Source: Haliotis cracherodii
Taxonomy: Eukaryota
Direction: 5' to 3'
NCBI RefSeq assembly: GCF_022045235.1
Contig: NW_027266286.1
Coordinates: 63,426,001-63,490,000, forward strand
Length of the DNA: 64,000 nucleotides
In this document: in pieces, positions 45,161-59,300 of the stretch
Layout of the letters: each line of letters opens with the position of its first letter
Numbering within the stretch: position 1 is the first letter of the stretch
Made by a program: the position numbers and the translations under genes
The notes under the pieces: generated by a model
The model's input: only the letters and a program-made list of their open reading frames with translations
Database searches by the model: none
Told to the model about the DNA's origin: nothing

Positions 45161-46870
45161 CAACGGTCTCTGAAACGGTGTAAAAAATGTTCACTTCCGG
45201 TTTAGGAAGACACACCAGTCGATACAAATAGTATAATATTGATGGTTTCCAACCTTGCCACTTGAGGACTGAAACGTTAAATCGTACACTATATATTTGT
45301 TTGCCTTTTCATTGTTATAACAATGAACTATTAAAAAATGTTAAGTCTAATCGAGCCACGTTAATGCGTTCAAATGTACAAAAGCGCTCGTAAAATCACG
45401 CAGTGTTGTTGACAAATTGGTAAAATCAAATGTACAATATCAACAATATCAAGCGTTGTCAGGAAGCAGAAGTAATACTGAATATAGATCTACTTGCCTG
45501 TGGAATTTTCTTTGATAAAACATTGTCGTGTCATTGTCATTTTCTTGGCTCCTCTTTCAGTGATGACTGAAGGAATATACGGGCAAATCACGCATGCACA
45601 CATGTATTGGTCACTGTAACGTCCTTATATTTGTATCTTTGTTTGATATTAGATTATTTGTCATATATAAATGTCATTCGCTATTATTTACATGCCGCTA
45701 AACTAGAACTGGGACATAGCTGACTAAGGCGTTAAACAACATTCAATCATTAATCGTATCCTGACGAAGTAGCTCAATGATGTGCTGTCGACCACTGGCT
45801 GCGTCGTAGGTCACCGTAATAAATACACTGCGTGCGAACAAACGTTAATGGTTTGTCTACATGATTTAGCCAGTCGCCTTGAACTGGTTATTTGTATATC
45901 GGTTTGCACAACCATATCATTTCTGTATCCCTTACCGTTTGTGAGCAGTATATGTTTATCATTGATCGCTCCGTGTTTGTAGTATAAAACTCTACTGTCA
46001 TAAGTTTTCCAACAAAACACTTTATTCCAAATGATCTAAAATATAATACAATTTATCAAATACATATTTACTGTACACTAACAATATAGGACACATTATC
46101 ACATGCTTTCAATTTATAGATACTTAGTTTGATTAGAGCTCAATACCTAACAAAGGAGTCACATCAAGTTATAACGTAAAATACGAAATTATAAATTATT
46201 GATTTTAAAGGCGCCTAGTTTTACCCTGCGATAAAGTATACTTTTTGAATTACGCGCTTGCGTGGTTTAACTATAATGGTTTAGGACAAAATTATACCTT
46301 ATTACACTACTCATGGGGTAGGACAAGCTATCTTTTTTAAATAAAGGTGTTTTTTTTGTTGAAAATAAATCCGTTACACAAAACAAAAATGCGTTGTGAA
46401 AAATAATATTGTTAAGCACCTTCTGTCAGAGAAACAAATGTACGTTTCGAAGCCGTGACCGATAACAATATTCTGTCTTCTCCCACAAATATTCCTCATC
46501 GACATAAAAATAATCGATTTAAAATGCCTCCCCAAAGTTATATTCGGGTTCGATTTGTTGTTGGTTGTAAACATCACGGGCTTAAGACGGATGGAGGATG
46601 GGGAAGAGAAGTTGTTTATGAATATTTTTTTAACTATCGATTAATCCAACATAGAACTTATGAACTTTCTCCTGTACGGCATCACAATAAACTAGACCAT
46701 TTGAGCTCTATACAGCAATCACATAGAGTCCGGCGCCAGAAAGTCATGCGGTTGTCAGATTGGTGGCCAAAATTATCCACAATAGTATCTTGTCTAGTTC
46801 ACTGTAGTGACTGTAACCTGTTAAGGGACTGCATCTGTGTGTGGTGATGCAGAATCTGTTGGTGTTACAA

Positions 46871-48582
46871 CTATGCATCATGAACGCGATTGTCGTGAAT
46901 GCCTATCCCGTTTTGGGGACGAAAGGACTCTCTCAACTGTTTGTACATCTGACGGAAGTCATGAAACAGTTTACTGGCGTCCAACACGACAATTGCGAGA
47001 AAGCTGATCACCAACATCGCAACAGCACTGCCCCCAATGCTACGTGCAGATAAACGCTCGTCATCTACTGTTTGTAACTTCTTCTTCTTGTAAACTACGA
47101 GGTCATCGAGACTGAAGCTGCCCAGTGACACGTTTCTGTTCAGGAACTCTTTCCACGCGGCGCAACAGTCGCACCTGGACATAGAGTTTGTGTCCACCGT
47201 CGGCCGGAACGTACTGGAAGAGAGGGCGCTGGTAGAAGTAGTCGCGAGAATTATTTGGGTCTCCTCCTTGTCCGGCGACTGAGATGCTGACAATGCAATT
47301 CCATTGCTGACGTTGTCGTCCGATGTTGGTGTCTCTGATGTTGCTGAAGAAGTTTCCCCAATGAAATCTGGCGCCCCAGAACTTAAAACTGAAAGTTGTC
47401 CAGTTGTAGTAGTTCCTGATGTTGACAGATCACCAAACCTAATACTTGTTGATTCCCGTGGTACATCTTGTAGAGACTTTCCTTGTGTTGAAGATGCTGT
47501 TTCTGTAGTGGTTAAGTCAGATTTTGATTTTCCTGTGGTTGCTGTTCCCGCCATGGATGGTGTATATCCTTGATTGTCTTCAGTTGAGGATCCCGGGTCT
47601 TCTATTGTTGTATTCCTTGTAGTCGTCCCTGGTGCTCCTGATGTCGGTTGTGTTAAGATTATACCTGGTGTTTCAAGTGTCTCTGGCGTGTCTGTTGTTG
47701 CAACAGTTGTTGCCTCTGTAGGCGTTGTTGTAGTAGTGCCTGCCGTTGTCGTTATATCTGCCAGCAGCGTTGTTATAGTAGTGGTCGCTGTCGTTACACT
47801 TGCCATCGACGTTGTTGTAATGGTGGTTGTTGTCGTCATACTTGTCATCGGCGTTGTTGTAGTGGGGGTTGTTGTCGTCATACGTGTTATCGGCGTTGTT
47901 ATGGTGGTGGCTGTTGTCGTTATATCTGCCATCAGCCTTGTTGTAGAAGTGGTTGTCGTCATACTTGCCATCGACGTTGTTGTAGTGGGGGTTGTTGTCG
48001 TAATACTTGTCATCGGCGTTGTTGTAGTGGTGGTTGTTGTCATACTTGTCATCGGCGTTGTTGTAGTGGTGGTTGTTGTCGTCTTACTTGTCATCGGCGT
48101 TGTTGTAGTTGTGGTTGTTGTCGTCATATTCGTTATCGGCATTGTTGTGGTGGTGGCTGTTGTCATACTTGCCATCAACGTTGTTGTAGTGGGGGTTGTT
48201 GTCGTCATACTTGTCATCAGCGTTGTTGTAGTGGGGGTAAGTGTGGTCATACTTGTCATCAGCGTTGTTGTAGTGGTGGTTGGTGTGGTCATACTTGTCA
48301 TTGGCGTTGTTGTAGTGGTGGTTGGTGTGGTCATACTTGTCATTAGCGTTGTTGTAGTGGGGGTTGTTGTTGTAATACTTGTCATCAGCGTTGTTGTAGT
48401 GGGGGTTGTTGTTGTAATACTTGTCATCAGCGTTGTTGTAGTAGTGGTTGTTGTCATACTTGCCATCGACGTTGTTATAGTGGGGGTTGTTGTCATACTT
48501 GTCATCGGCGTTGTTGTTGTAGTGATTGTTGTCGTCATACTTGTCATTAGCGTTGTTGTAGTGGCAATAGTCGTAGGTATCC
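46871..48582 (-). CDS. Terminal exon of a Thr-rich membrane-anchored mucin-like protein
   Basis: Acceptor TTTATGTTCAG| at 48583. About 270 aa of (MTSMTTTTPTTTTL)n, then a Ser/Thr stalk, CDCC, D.R.SA..IG, a TM helix (SAVAMLVISFLAIVVLD) and a short tail. Upstream exons were not securely identified. Confidence 0.85.
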
Positions 48583-48962
48583 CTGAACATAAATAAACCC
48601 TTTAAGCAACGCAATATAGAGCAGTCTTAACATATATAACGAATAAGGTAAAAAGGAAGCACACAGCCATGTTCATGATATACATAAGTAAAGTCCAACA
48701 TGTTGCGTGATGAGATAATAGTGAATGAATTGGGAAAACATTACAACCGGCAGCATGTAAAAAAATGTTAAAACAACGATCTTGAACGTCACGGTACTCA
48801 TGTTTTTCAAATCCTGCAGTCGACCGAAATCTGCACGTTGAAATCCATGTTGTTTACGAAGCGGATGTCTAGTTTGTTACGCGATCTTGATTGGACTGTG
48901 CATACTGGACTTTTATATTCAGTTAACGCCCTTGCCTCGGGAAGATTTTGAGACCACGACCT

Positions 48963-49448
48963 CAATCTCAATATAATCAGATCTTAGTTTTCGCTCCCGC
49001 TAACCAAAGATCTGAGGACATCCCATTACGGCGCACGTCAGAACGACCTTTCGCGAACATTGACCGACCAATGAAATGACTGTCAAGAAATCGACAATTG
49101 CAAATCAGAAGGCAGCTATTTCGAGCTTTACGACACTAGTTTCAAACTGGCGACTACGCTTCGAAACATATTTTTAAAACTGACCAAAACAACATTCTGG
49201 AATGGCTTATAGATGGCATAGATTGTATGGATATAATCACAAAACCCGTAACTGTCGTTCGGAATACCCTCTGTTAAATATTTCGAGATGGCATGACTAG
49301 AAAACACATTCCGACTGTCACTTTCAGGATCTGGTAAGCAACGCTCTGATTGGTTGGATTAAGGTCGTGCTGACGAGACCCGTAATGGGATGTCCTCAGA
49401 TCTTTGTTTAGCGGTAGCGAAAACTAAGATCTGATTTTAATGAGATTG
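48963..49448. mobile_element. MITE with long TIRs and 10-bp TSD (Mutator-like)
   Basis: TIR of about 90 bp, CAATCTCA...AATCAGATCTTAGTTTTCGCT..., with direct repeat ACCACGACCT at 48953-48962 and 49449-49458. Confidence 0.88.
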
Positions 49449-50246
49449 ACCACGACCTAGGACGGATAAGGGACGCAACTCTGTACAGCCTGGTATGGCG
49501 TCACCAATAACGTTGAACAAATAGACTTCCTGTTCTCTTGTTAGCCTCTTTACGACTATAACTTTTAACATATAAAAATTGCTTCGGTCGTACCGTTTTG
49601 CTTTTACAGAACACACACATTATTTTCTAATGAAATATAGTGACATGGATCCTCCATGGTTCCAGAGAGTAGAGGTGGTGAATGGGTGCAAAAATAGTTT
49701 GTCGTGCTGAAAATGATCCAAAAGTTTGATGAACTGAATGTCACATATACTCATTAATATAAGATTACAAAGTAAGAATACCTTTTAATGATAATCATAT
49801 TGTACCTGCTTCATTTGGCATATTATATTGGGTAGTCTGGAAAGGAACTTCTGGTACATCGTTAAAGGATAAACAAAAGCTAGCAGAGTGAATGAAATAT
49901 GTAGCAATACACGCATCATTAACAGAAGTAGCTTCAAGTGGGTTATTTTTAGCACATTTGGTGACACGTATGACGAAAGTGAAACTGTATGTCTGTCGTA
50001 TCTACAGCCATTGAATGCTGCTGTCACATGAAAGATGTCACCAAGGTGGAGTCCATCGCTATCGTCAACATTGCACAAAGCAATAAGTGTTTGTTTGTTG
50101 CCTGATGCCACACAGCAGTACTCATGACATGCGAACTTGAGAAGGTAATACTGCTTGCAAAAGGCATCCTATTTGGAAAGACTAAGTTGAAGAAGCATTC
50201 TTGTTGGAAACACTCCTTGCAAAATGCATTATATTTGTATAAAGAG

Positions 50247-50412
50247 AGAGTGAGTGAGTATGGTTTTACGCAGCTTTTTAGCAATATTCCAGCAATATCA
50301 CGGCGGAGGACACCAGAAATGGGCTTCACACATTGTACCCATGTCGGGAATCGAACCCGGGTCTTCGGCGTGACGAGCGAACGCTTTAACCACTGGGCTC
50401 CCCGACCGCCCC
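50247..50412 (-). mobile_element. Short tRNA-derived SINE with (ACTC)n tail
   Basis: Minus strand reads GGGGCGGTCGGGGAGCCCAGTGGTTAAAGCGTTCGCTCGTCACGCCGAAGACCCGGGTTCGATTCCC. Degenerate copies at about 2535-3066 (split by a MITE) and 4285-4430. Confidence 0.85.
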
Positions 50413-50528
50413 TTGTATAAAGAAGGCGTATAAGAAGCATACTATGTGGAAATACTGCAAGTCAGAAGATTCCTAATTTGGAAGACTGTGGGTAAGACTC
50501 ATCCTGGTTGCAACTACTGCATGTACGA

Positions 50529-50892
50529 GGTGAGGTGAGGTGAGGTGAGGTGAAATGGGGTTTAACGTCGCGTCCAAGATTATAGCACTTATATAGCGAC
50601 GTGCATGCACGTGTATGTGTGTGTATGTGGCTGCTTGTACTAGTCCGGACTGATGCCGATTTATAGTGCTAGCACACTGAGATACCATGCCGCAGTTTAA
50701 CATGAATACCTCACTCAGACACAGTATACTGACTCCGAGCCGACCAGTCCTTGTTTTAGCCCCTTAATGCCGAGCGCCAGACAGGGTAACAACAAGTACC
50801 ATCTTTTAACATCTTTTGGTATGACGCGGCTGGGGATCGAACCCCGGTCCTTCCGCTCTCCGGGCGCACGCTCTACCATTAGACCACGGAGG
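50529..50892 (-). mobile_element. tRNA-derived SINE with Meta-like central domain
   Basis: A/B boxes (GTGGTCTAATGG, GGTTCGATCC), central TGGTACTTGTTG...GCATTAAGGGG...GACTGGTCGGCTCGGAGTCAG and (CCTCA)n tail. Partial copies at 4975-5255 and about 35626-35770. Confidence 0.82.
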
Positions 50893-51964
50893 CTGTCACT
50901 GCATGTACGAACAATACATACAACTTGGTATATTTTCAGCATGATACATGTAACTCTACGCGAGGATGACCCGCTGTAAAGATCTCATGGACATTGGTCT
51001 ATGTTCAGCATGATGCCGCTTTGCGTGGATAAACCGAGGTAAGGTTCTCATGAAGTCTATGAAGACAAACTGCCATTGTCTCAGAATATCGATCCACATA
51101 TGGATTTTAGAGCCAAAAACACAATGGTATATCTGCCGGATGTCTGTTAACAACTGCAACGAATGAGGTTGAACATGGCACGTTGAGTTGGAACTATGGT
51201 GTCTTGGTTACCTATGACAACTTGTTGTCAAGTATTGACAAAACAATTCAAAGCCCGTCCGGCTGCTGTCCTCTGTTTTCAGAATAACCATGTGTGTAAG
51301 ATCATTACACGGTAGAACTAGACATAACTATGCAGACTAAAAGAGTCCTTAGTTAAGCGTTTCAGTTATAGACGGTAAACTGATATCTGTAAGAACACCA
51401 TTGACAACAAATAAGGAAACTACTCAAAAACAAGTCTTCATCGTTTTGTCACGATGACCTTTGTTCAAGGGAGGGTTTACCACAGGTCTAATTTTTTGGT
51501 ATTGATCACGAAGTCAATTTGTTATCTTAGTGGACACAAACCTTATGAATCGATTTTAAGTTATTCATTTCATGCAAAAGGAAACCTGCAGTATTTTCTT
51601 ATCTTTTAAGATGTACTTTTAAACATGAATATACGATTTATATTAGTACATGGAAATGCTATAATAGCTCACTTATCAATTTAAACGTTCAAAAGTTCAG
51701 TTCATGCAAAGGAATGGCTGTCGTGATTTTTATGTTTCAAGATGAACTATTGACACGTATCCTGCCCCACCTGTTTCAGCAGCTGAAGCTACAAAATATT
51801 TCATATTGATACACGGGGACTTTCCTCCAGGAAGCGCTGCCTACTTGCACCCACCAATAAATTTTAAGAGAATGTGAAGACTCCACAACACTGAAGCCTA
51901 CTACCAAGAGTGTCAGAAGGGCTGTGCTGCTGGAAGCAGACACGGGAATTCTCCCGATGTCAGT

Positions 51965-52113
51965 CAACAGATTACGTCATCGATCCCAATTGCGTGGATC
52001 GATGCTCATGATGTCAATCACTGGATTGTCTGGCCCAGACTCGATTATTTACAGACCGCCTTCATATAGCTGGAATATTGCTGAGTGCGGCGTTAAACAA
52101 CAAACAAACAAAA
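51965..52113 (+). repeat. Interspersed repeat 3-prime end (SINE-like) with (AAAC)n tail
   Basis: GATGCTCATGATGTCAATCACTGGATTGTCTGG.CCAGACTCGATTATTTACAGACC recurs at about 57590-57680 and, degenerate, at about 63450-63500. Confidence 0.7.
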
Positions 52114-53060
52114 AACACCTGTACATTCTGAACAATAAAATTACTCTTGAAACTTAAAATCATGTTTTGAATATTTAATAACAAATCAATGTTTTGGTCC
52201 ACGCGAATTACAAACTTTAAATGAGTGATTGAGTTGGTTGGGTTTAATTCCGCCTTTTATCACTTATGTCACCGCGTGGAGGCTCGATCTAGGAGGAACC
52301 CCGAAATTAAGCAGACCTTTGAAAATGACGGCTATCATAATCAAGGCGGATCTGGCATTCGAACCCACAATCATTGGCTTCTCGTAAGCATATGGGCCCT
52401 TCTTCCTCTACATTGCGAATTTCGGAATCTTATTCGACTGGGCCACCAGTGCACCCAATGGTAAGACAAAAAGTAATAATATCATGTCCCATTCTAAAAA
52501 CCTCACATTGAAGAAACATATCTATGGTGTGGAATAACATTTAAATCGTACATAAAGATGCTAAATGAACAAACGAAATACATGAAGCCAATACACATGC
52601 TTCAATGTATTACCTTCATGTATTTCATTTGTGTGTTTTGTACGTTTATGTTCAGCACTATCTTATATGTATAACCAGCTGTTGCTAAGTTATTACCTGG
52701 AGAGGTATTTACATAAGCAAGTTTTGCTTGTTTACCGATCCATATTTCTTTTGAAATAAAAAAAAAAGTTTAAATCAAATCTTACCATGGTGATAACATT
52801 TTATGCGTGCACAACAACACCCCCTTCTGTGCTGTGTATAATGCGTCTACTCCATAGCGTGATCAATAAACTAAACAACTAAGGGCGCGACGCACCGACA
52901 CCACAATGAAGCTGATTGGTGTAGAAACCTGTGGTGTGAGGAAAAAACGCTCGCTTAATGCATCTATCGTGGAAGCATACCACTGCTCTTCAATACAGAT
53001 TTATGAGTTGAGTGAAAGGAAAGTGCTTTGTAAAACATTGATTTACTTCATTTGATAAAG

Positions 53061-53343
53061 CGGGAGCACGGGTGGCCCAGTCGTCTAAGGCGCTGCGATT
53101 CGCTGTTCACGTTGCGTCCCTTTGGTACGCCAGAAACCTATGATTGTGGGTTCGAATCCCGGTTCTCCCCGATTATGTTTTTAGGTTTGTCGGCACCATA
53201 CCCATGCTCGTGGATTTCACCGAAGTGGTAAACGTCTGAGACCTGCATCACTTCGAGCTTTCCTCCCACATTAAACTGACACACCGCGATATAACTGGAA
53301 TACTGTTAAAATCAGCGTTAAACCCAACTCACTCACTCACTCA
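53061..53343 (+). mobile_element. tRNA(Leu/Ser)-like SINE, full length
   Basis: TGGCCCAGTCGTCTAAGGCGCTGCG ... GTGGGTTCGAATCCC and (ACTC)n tail. Homologous to 24197-24457 and 44495-44735. Confidence 0.85.
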
Positions 53344-54189
53344 TTTGATTATGCAAGTAAGCAACCTGATATTGGTGTTTACAAGTATTTTGTTGACGCA
53401 CCGTGCTTTGGGACAACATTATACTTATTTTCATGAATAATACATACATTCTAATTATCATAATCCATAGATATGAAATATATACTACAGCCATAGGCAT
53501 GAATAGGAATTGTAGTGGTGTTTTATTAACTTGAAAGCAATTGTAACACGGGGTGACTAAAAAGTTGGAACGGACGTCTTCGCACAGATACGTCGGCTCA
53601 GGCTTTAAATGTGCATTTGCATCAGTGTGAAGCGGAGAATAACTATTTTTCGAAACGAGTCTCTCGAAGTTTGTTTGATTTAGTTCGCACGCGTCATTCT
53701 TTTGTCAATGTTACAGTTGCCTGTAAATAATCCAGTCTAGACAAGACAATCCAGTGGTTGAAGCATTAGGGGGTCGAATAGATTTTGCCTTCGTCGGAGG
53801 AGCGGTGACCCCAGGACCCATCTATCATAACAAATCGCTCAACAAAATCAGCTGGGTCTACTTGAAAACGACGTAAATTTCCGCGAGAGAAAATGTACAT
53901 CCAGTTCAAATCTGGTGATTTAGCATGGAATACTGTAAAGGACATTCTCGCGATCTCGACTTTGGAAACGAACTGAATATTCCCCAAACATGCGAAAATG
54001 AAATCTCGCATTCTCGCGTTCTCACGTTCTCGCGATTTCGTCCTTTTGTGGCTTAATTTGACAAATCGAGATTGCGAGATTTTACATTATGTCCATAGGA
54101 CGCATTCTCGCGTTGTCGACAAAACATGCTATGTACCAAAAACACGAGAATGCTAGATTCAGCTCGTTTCCAAACGTCGAGATCCCTAT

Positions 54190-56340
54190 AACTGTGATGG
54201 CGTGTCAGCGGCCAGAAACAGTAGTTCCACTGTCACGGCGTATCAGCGGCCAGGAACCGTACTTTCACGGTGATGGCGTGTCAGCCGCCAGGAACAATAC
54301 TTCCGCTGTTATGGCGTGTCAGCGCCTAGGAAAGTGTACTTCCACTGTCATGGCGTGTAAACGGCTAGGAAAAGTAGTTCGACTGTCGTGGTAGGAAAAG
54401 TACTTCCACTGTCATGTCGTGTCAGCGGCTGGCAACAGTACTTCCCCCGTGATGGCGTGTCAGCGGCCAGAAACAGTACTTCCACTGTGATGGCGTGTCA
54501 GCGGCCAGAAACAGTACTTCCACTGTGATGGCGTGTCCCGGGGTGGTAACAGTACTTCCCTTGTGATGGCGTGTCAGGGGCTTGGAACAGTACTCCCACT
54601 GTCATGGCGTGTCAGCGGCTCGGAACAGTACTTCCACTGTCATGGCGTGTCAGGGGCTAAGAACAGTACTTCCCCGGTGGTGGCGTGTCAGGGGCTCGGA
54701 ACAGTACTTCCACTGTGATGGCGTGTCAGGGGCTTGGAACAGTGCTTCCCCGGTGGTGGCGTGTCAGGGGCTTGGAACAGTACTTCCCCTGTGATGGCGT
54801 GTCAGCGGACAGGAACAGTGCTTCCCATGTCATTGCGTGTCAGCGGCCAGGAATAGTACTTCCACTGTCATGGCGTGTCAGCGGCTGGCAACAGTACTTC
54901 CCCGATGGTGGCGTGTCAACGGCCAGGAACAGTACTTCCGCTGTGATGGCGTGTCAGGGGCTTGGAACAGTGCTTCCCCGGTGGTGGCGTGTCAGGGGCT
55001 TGGAACAGTACTTCCCCTGTGATGGCGTGTCAGCGGACAGGAACAGTGCTTCCCATGTCATTGCGTGTCATCGGTCAGGAATAGTACTTCCACTGTCATG
55101 GCGTGTCAGCGGCTGGCAACAGTACTTCCACGATGGTGGCGTGTCAACGGCCAGGAACAGTACTTCCACTGTGATGGCGTGTCCCGGACTGGCAACAGTA
55201 CTTCCCTGTGATGGCGTGTCAGCGGCCAGGAACAGTACTTCCACTGTGATGGCGTAACAGCGGTCAGGAATAGTACTTCCACTGTACCATGGCGTGTAAG
55301 CGGACAGGAAAAGTACTTCCCCTGTGGTGGCGTGTCACGGGCTGGGAACAGTACTTCCCCTGTAATGGCATTTCAGGGGCTTGGAACAGTACTTCCACTG
55401 TCATGGGTTGTCAGGGGCTCGGAACAGCACTTCCACTGTCACAGCATGTCAGGGTCTAGGAACAGTACTTCGACTGCCACGGCGTGTCAGGGGCTAGGAA
55501 CAGTACTTCCACTGTCACGGCATGTCAGCCGCTAGGAACAGTACTTCCACTGGCACGGCAGGGCCTGGAATCAGTACTTCCACTGTCATTGCGTCTCAGC
55601 GGCCAGGAACAGTACTTCCCTGTGATGGCGTGTCAGTGGACAGGAACAGTACTTCCACTGTCATGGCGTGTCAGTGGCCAGGGAAAGTAATTCCCCTGTG
55701 ATGTCATGTCACGGGCTTGAAACAGTACTTCCACTGTCACGGCTAGGAACAGTACTTGCACTGCCAATGCGTGTCAGCGGCCAGGAACAGTACTTCCCCT
55801 GTGATAGCGTGTCAGCGGCCAGGAACAGTACTTCCCTGTGATGGCGTGTCAGCGGCCAGGAACTGTACTTCCACTGTCATGGCGTGTCAGCGGCCAGGAA
55901 CAGTACTTCCCTGTGATGGCGTGTCAGCGGCCAGGAACAGTACTTCCACTATCACGGCATATCAGCCGCAAGGAACAGTACTTCCACTGTCACGGCATGT
56001 CAGGGGCTAGGAACAGTACTTCCACTGTCATGGCGTGTCAGCGGCCAGGAACAGTACTTCCCTGTGATGGCGTGTCAGCGGCCAGGAACAGTACTTCCAC
56101 TATCACGGCATATCAGCCGCCAGGAACAGTACTTCCACTGTCACGGCATGTCAGCGGCCAGGAACAGTACTTACACTATCACGGCATATCAGCCGCAAGG
56201 AACAGTACTTCCACTGTCACGGCATGTCAGGGGCTAGGAACAGTACTTCCACTGTCATGGCGTGTCAGGGGCTAGGAACAGCACTTCCACTATCACTGCT
56301 CGTTAGCGGCTAAGAACAGCACTTTCATTGTCACGGCTCG
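54190..56340. repeat. 38-bp satellite array (~55 copies)
   Basis: Unit CAGTACTTCCACTGTCATGGCGTGTCAGCGGCCAGGAA, head-to-tail, with no unique spacers. Confidence 0.97.
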
Positions 56341-59300
56341 TCAACGACTGAGAAGAACTTCGGAAGTAGTAATGGCAATGTCACGGATTGGAACAGAACT
56401 TTCCCTTTCACGTAAGTCACGGCATGGGAGCGGCTTGGAAGTGCTTCCATTTGATTAAGACAGCTAGTAGACGGATATGGTGCTGACACACAGAGAATCA
56501 TTATCGGGATTCGAATCCAGTAGATCCTTGCACTGCAAATAGGGGGCACATCTTTGCACAACATTGCGAGCGAAACACGGAGAAACGTAATTGCTGCAGA
56601 AATTAATACGACACAATCAGCTTGTTAATATTCCAATCAAATGCCCATATTTATGAAAATACATATTCGGTTTTGTTAACGTGAAATATATGGCAACGTG
56701 AAGCCAGGAACCAGTTGCTGAGCTCGAATAACACAATCTTTAACAAATGTATTACGACACAAGTTTACATAAATTCACCACGTACTTGGAATAACTATGA
56801 AAAGGGAAATTATGTATATTTGTCAAACTACCTTGCCGAGACCGCTATATATGTCTTAAAATATGGTCAAGTTCTGACAACCAGCCTACCTGAATACAAC
56901 AGCATTAGAAGGAAACACGTCATCAACGGCGACATGGTGTGGGATGGTCAGGCGCGCAGGTCTTCCCTCTGCCGGGTGGTCAGCATCAACAAGTGACTGC
57001 AGGCACCAAGTAACTTTTTCAACTCAGGCTACTCTCGGATCTACGCCCCTGTTCAGTCATACATCAGTAAAATTAGTTTATGGACACAAACTCCAATTTG
57101 AATACAACAGTTCTATGAAAATTCGGTTTACCCTTAAAAGTATCAATACACACTTCAGAGTTCCTTGATGTACTTGCTACATGCAAATTTGTGTGTAGAT
57201 CTGTTAATATGTCCAACCGGGTACGATTATATGGTTTCCCTGTTATTAACGATGTTTGAGTTCCTATCAGATACACAACATGGTTGTTGCATGCCCATTA
57301 TTCTCGATTTTATCCGCGTTGCTAGTTTCTTATAGTACTGCTGCGATCTGGTATTGATCACTGCACTCCAGCGTTGCCCGTTGTAGCGAGGCTTGAGTTG
57401 CGCTCGGCGCCGAGACCAAGAAAACACGTGCCCGATCTGGTGGGGCAATTAAAAAACAACAATGTTTTTTTCCTATAATTCTCATATACAATCAAAATGC
57501 AGGTGCATGTTCTTCCAGTTGTCTTGCTTGTGAAAATATAGTTTAGGCGACTAATTGGGTCGTGTGGCCGGGCTCGCTGACATGGTTGATGCTCATGATG
57601 TCAGTCACTGGATTGTCCGGTCCAGACTTCATTATTTACAGACCTCCGTCATAGAACTGAAATATTGCAGAGTGCGCGAATGCGCGATGTTGAAAAATAT
57701 CATCCAGTCTGTACGTTAACGTCAACGTTTTATAGTTATTACCAAGACCGCGCGTTTTGCCACCGGATGGTAGCTCAGTAGGACGGAGTACATAGTTTAC
57801 ACTATTTGTGTTAGTTTTCTGTGATATCACACAACGTTGAATATGTACTATTATTTCAGTTAATATGCTTACTGTATGATTAACTACGTTTTATTAATAT
57901 ACATATTTTACACTATTTGTGTTAGTTTTTTCTGTGACAATCCAAAACTCTGACAAGCTGAACGAAGTTTGATACAAACTATACCCTAATGACTAAATAC
58001 TCCATACCCAAAGTGAAGAGGTTTGCGCTAAAACAATACTCGCGGAGCCTTTGCTCGAATGGTTTCAAAAGTAGTGTCAATATTGGAAGTACAAGTATAC
58101 AGTAAAATGCATGTGGCATCGACATGTTGACAAGGATATGCTGTAGGCAATCATCATGACTCGTACGATCGAAATCACATCACCTAAGAGATATAAATCC
58201 ACGTTCAAGTAAATACATGAAGAATAGAATTGTCAACATCGACCAAACATAACATAACGTTAACAGGTTGAGCGGAGATTCCGGTTGGACGTTTCCAGCG
58301 TGGTCGCCCATGCAGTCGGAAATCCAGACTGTTAGAAACATGAAGTATCGCAGGTATTACATTGGAAAAAAACAAGTGAAATACACTGTTGACGTAGGGA
58401 CAAAAGCATAATGTGCGTAATGCGTTTGCATTTGCATATGAATGTAATATTTTTATCATAACAGTAAGATCCTTGAAATTGGGAGTCTTTACTTATTGTG
58501 AGCCTTGACCAAGGTAGCGTTGGTAGGATGTGATCTGCCCTGAAAGTAAAATTGTTATGGAAAACACCTAACCAATTTCAAAAGTCTGAAGTGTAATGTA
58601 ATTAGAAATACTGTCAAGTGAATTGGGTTCGGAGATGTTTTGACGAATTGTATATTGTGTGCAAGAGACCGTCATAGGTTGGTAGTAGGATACAGAGTAG
58701 GATACAGACTATATATACAGTCTCCACTACTTGGTGAGTATGCCTGGCAGCGAGACTCCATAACTTATTATACGCCTACAATAGCTATTACCACAACGAA
58801 CGATTTTATCATTTTCACAATACGTACATATAAGTTCAGTGCTTATGTCATCAGAGACAAATATGGATCGTGTAACGCGTTTTATATGCTACTTGCACCA
58901 AGATATCGATACGCATAAAATGAAGATATAAGTAGGAAATTATGGGGTATTGAGTAACTTATTGAAAGCCATTATCTATTGTAACTGGTATAAAACTACA
59001 AGCTATGAGAAGAAATCTTTAAACCGAGTGTCTGATTTGTATGGGACGACTCGGAACCTGCATATGGCGTGGTTTTGCATTAAATGCGTGTCAGAGTGAG
59101 GAGTAAGACGTGTAATAGACCAACAATCTACAACGATTTCAAAATCTTATAAAGATGCACATATAAATCGCAACACATACTCAGTATATGAAAACGAGGC
59201 ACAATATGAACACACGTGACACAATGGCCATAATATACACACATACCTTATATGAACAAGAATATCCTTGAGAATAGAATTATACACGGAGAGTTCGAAC

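Noticed and set aside
47574-48614. Val-rich plus-strand ORF and Asn/Asp/Tyr-rich alternative minus frame
   Set aside because: Both are by-products of the Thr-codon repeat. Only the Thr frame continues into the TM domain.
49785-50168. Possible upstream exon of the mucin gene
   Set aside because: A phase-compatible donor exists at 49805, but I found no single open frame from a convincing acceptor. Left unannotated pending RNA data.
53061-53165. Possible tRNA gene
   Set aside because: The tRNA-like head continues into a SINE body and microsatellite tail, with several dispersed copies. No clean cloverleaf.
54190-56340. CRISPR-like periodic array with many short ORFs
   Set aside because: Units are head-to-tail with no unique spacers, there are no cas genes, and the context is eukaryotic. 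It is a satellite, and the ORFs are translations of the repeat.
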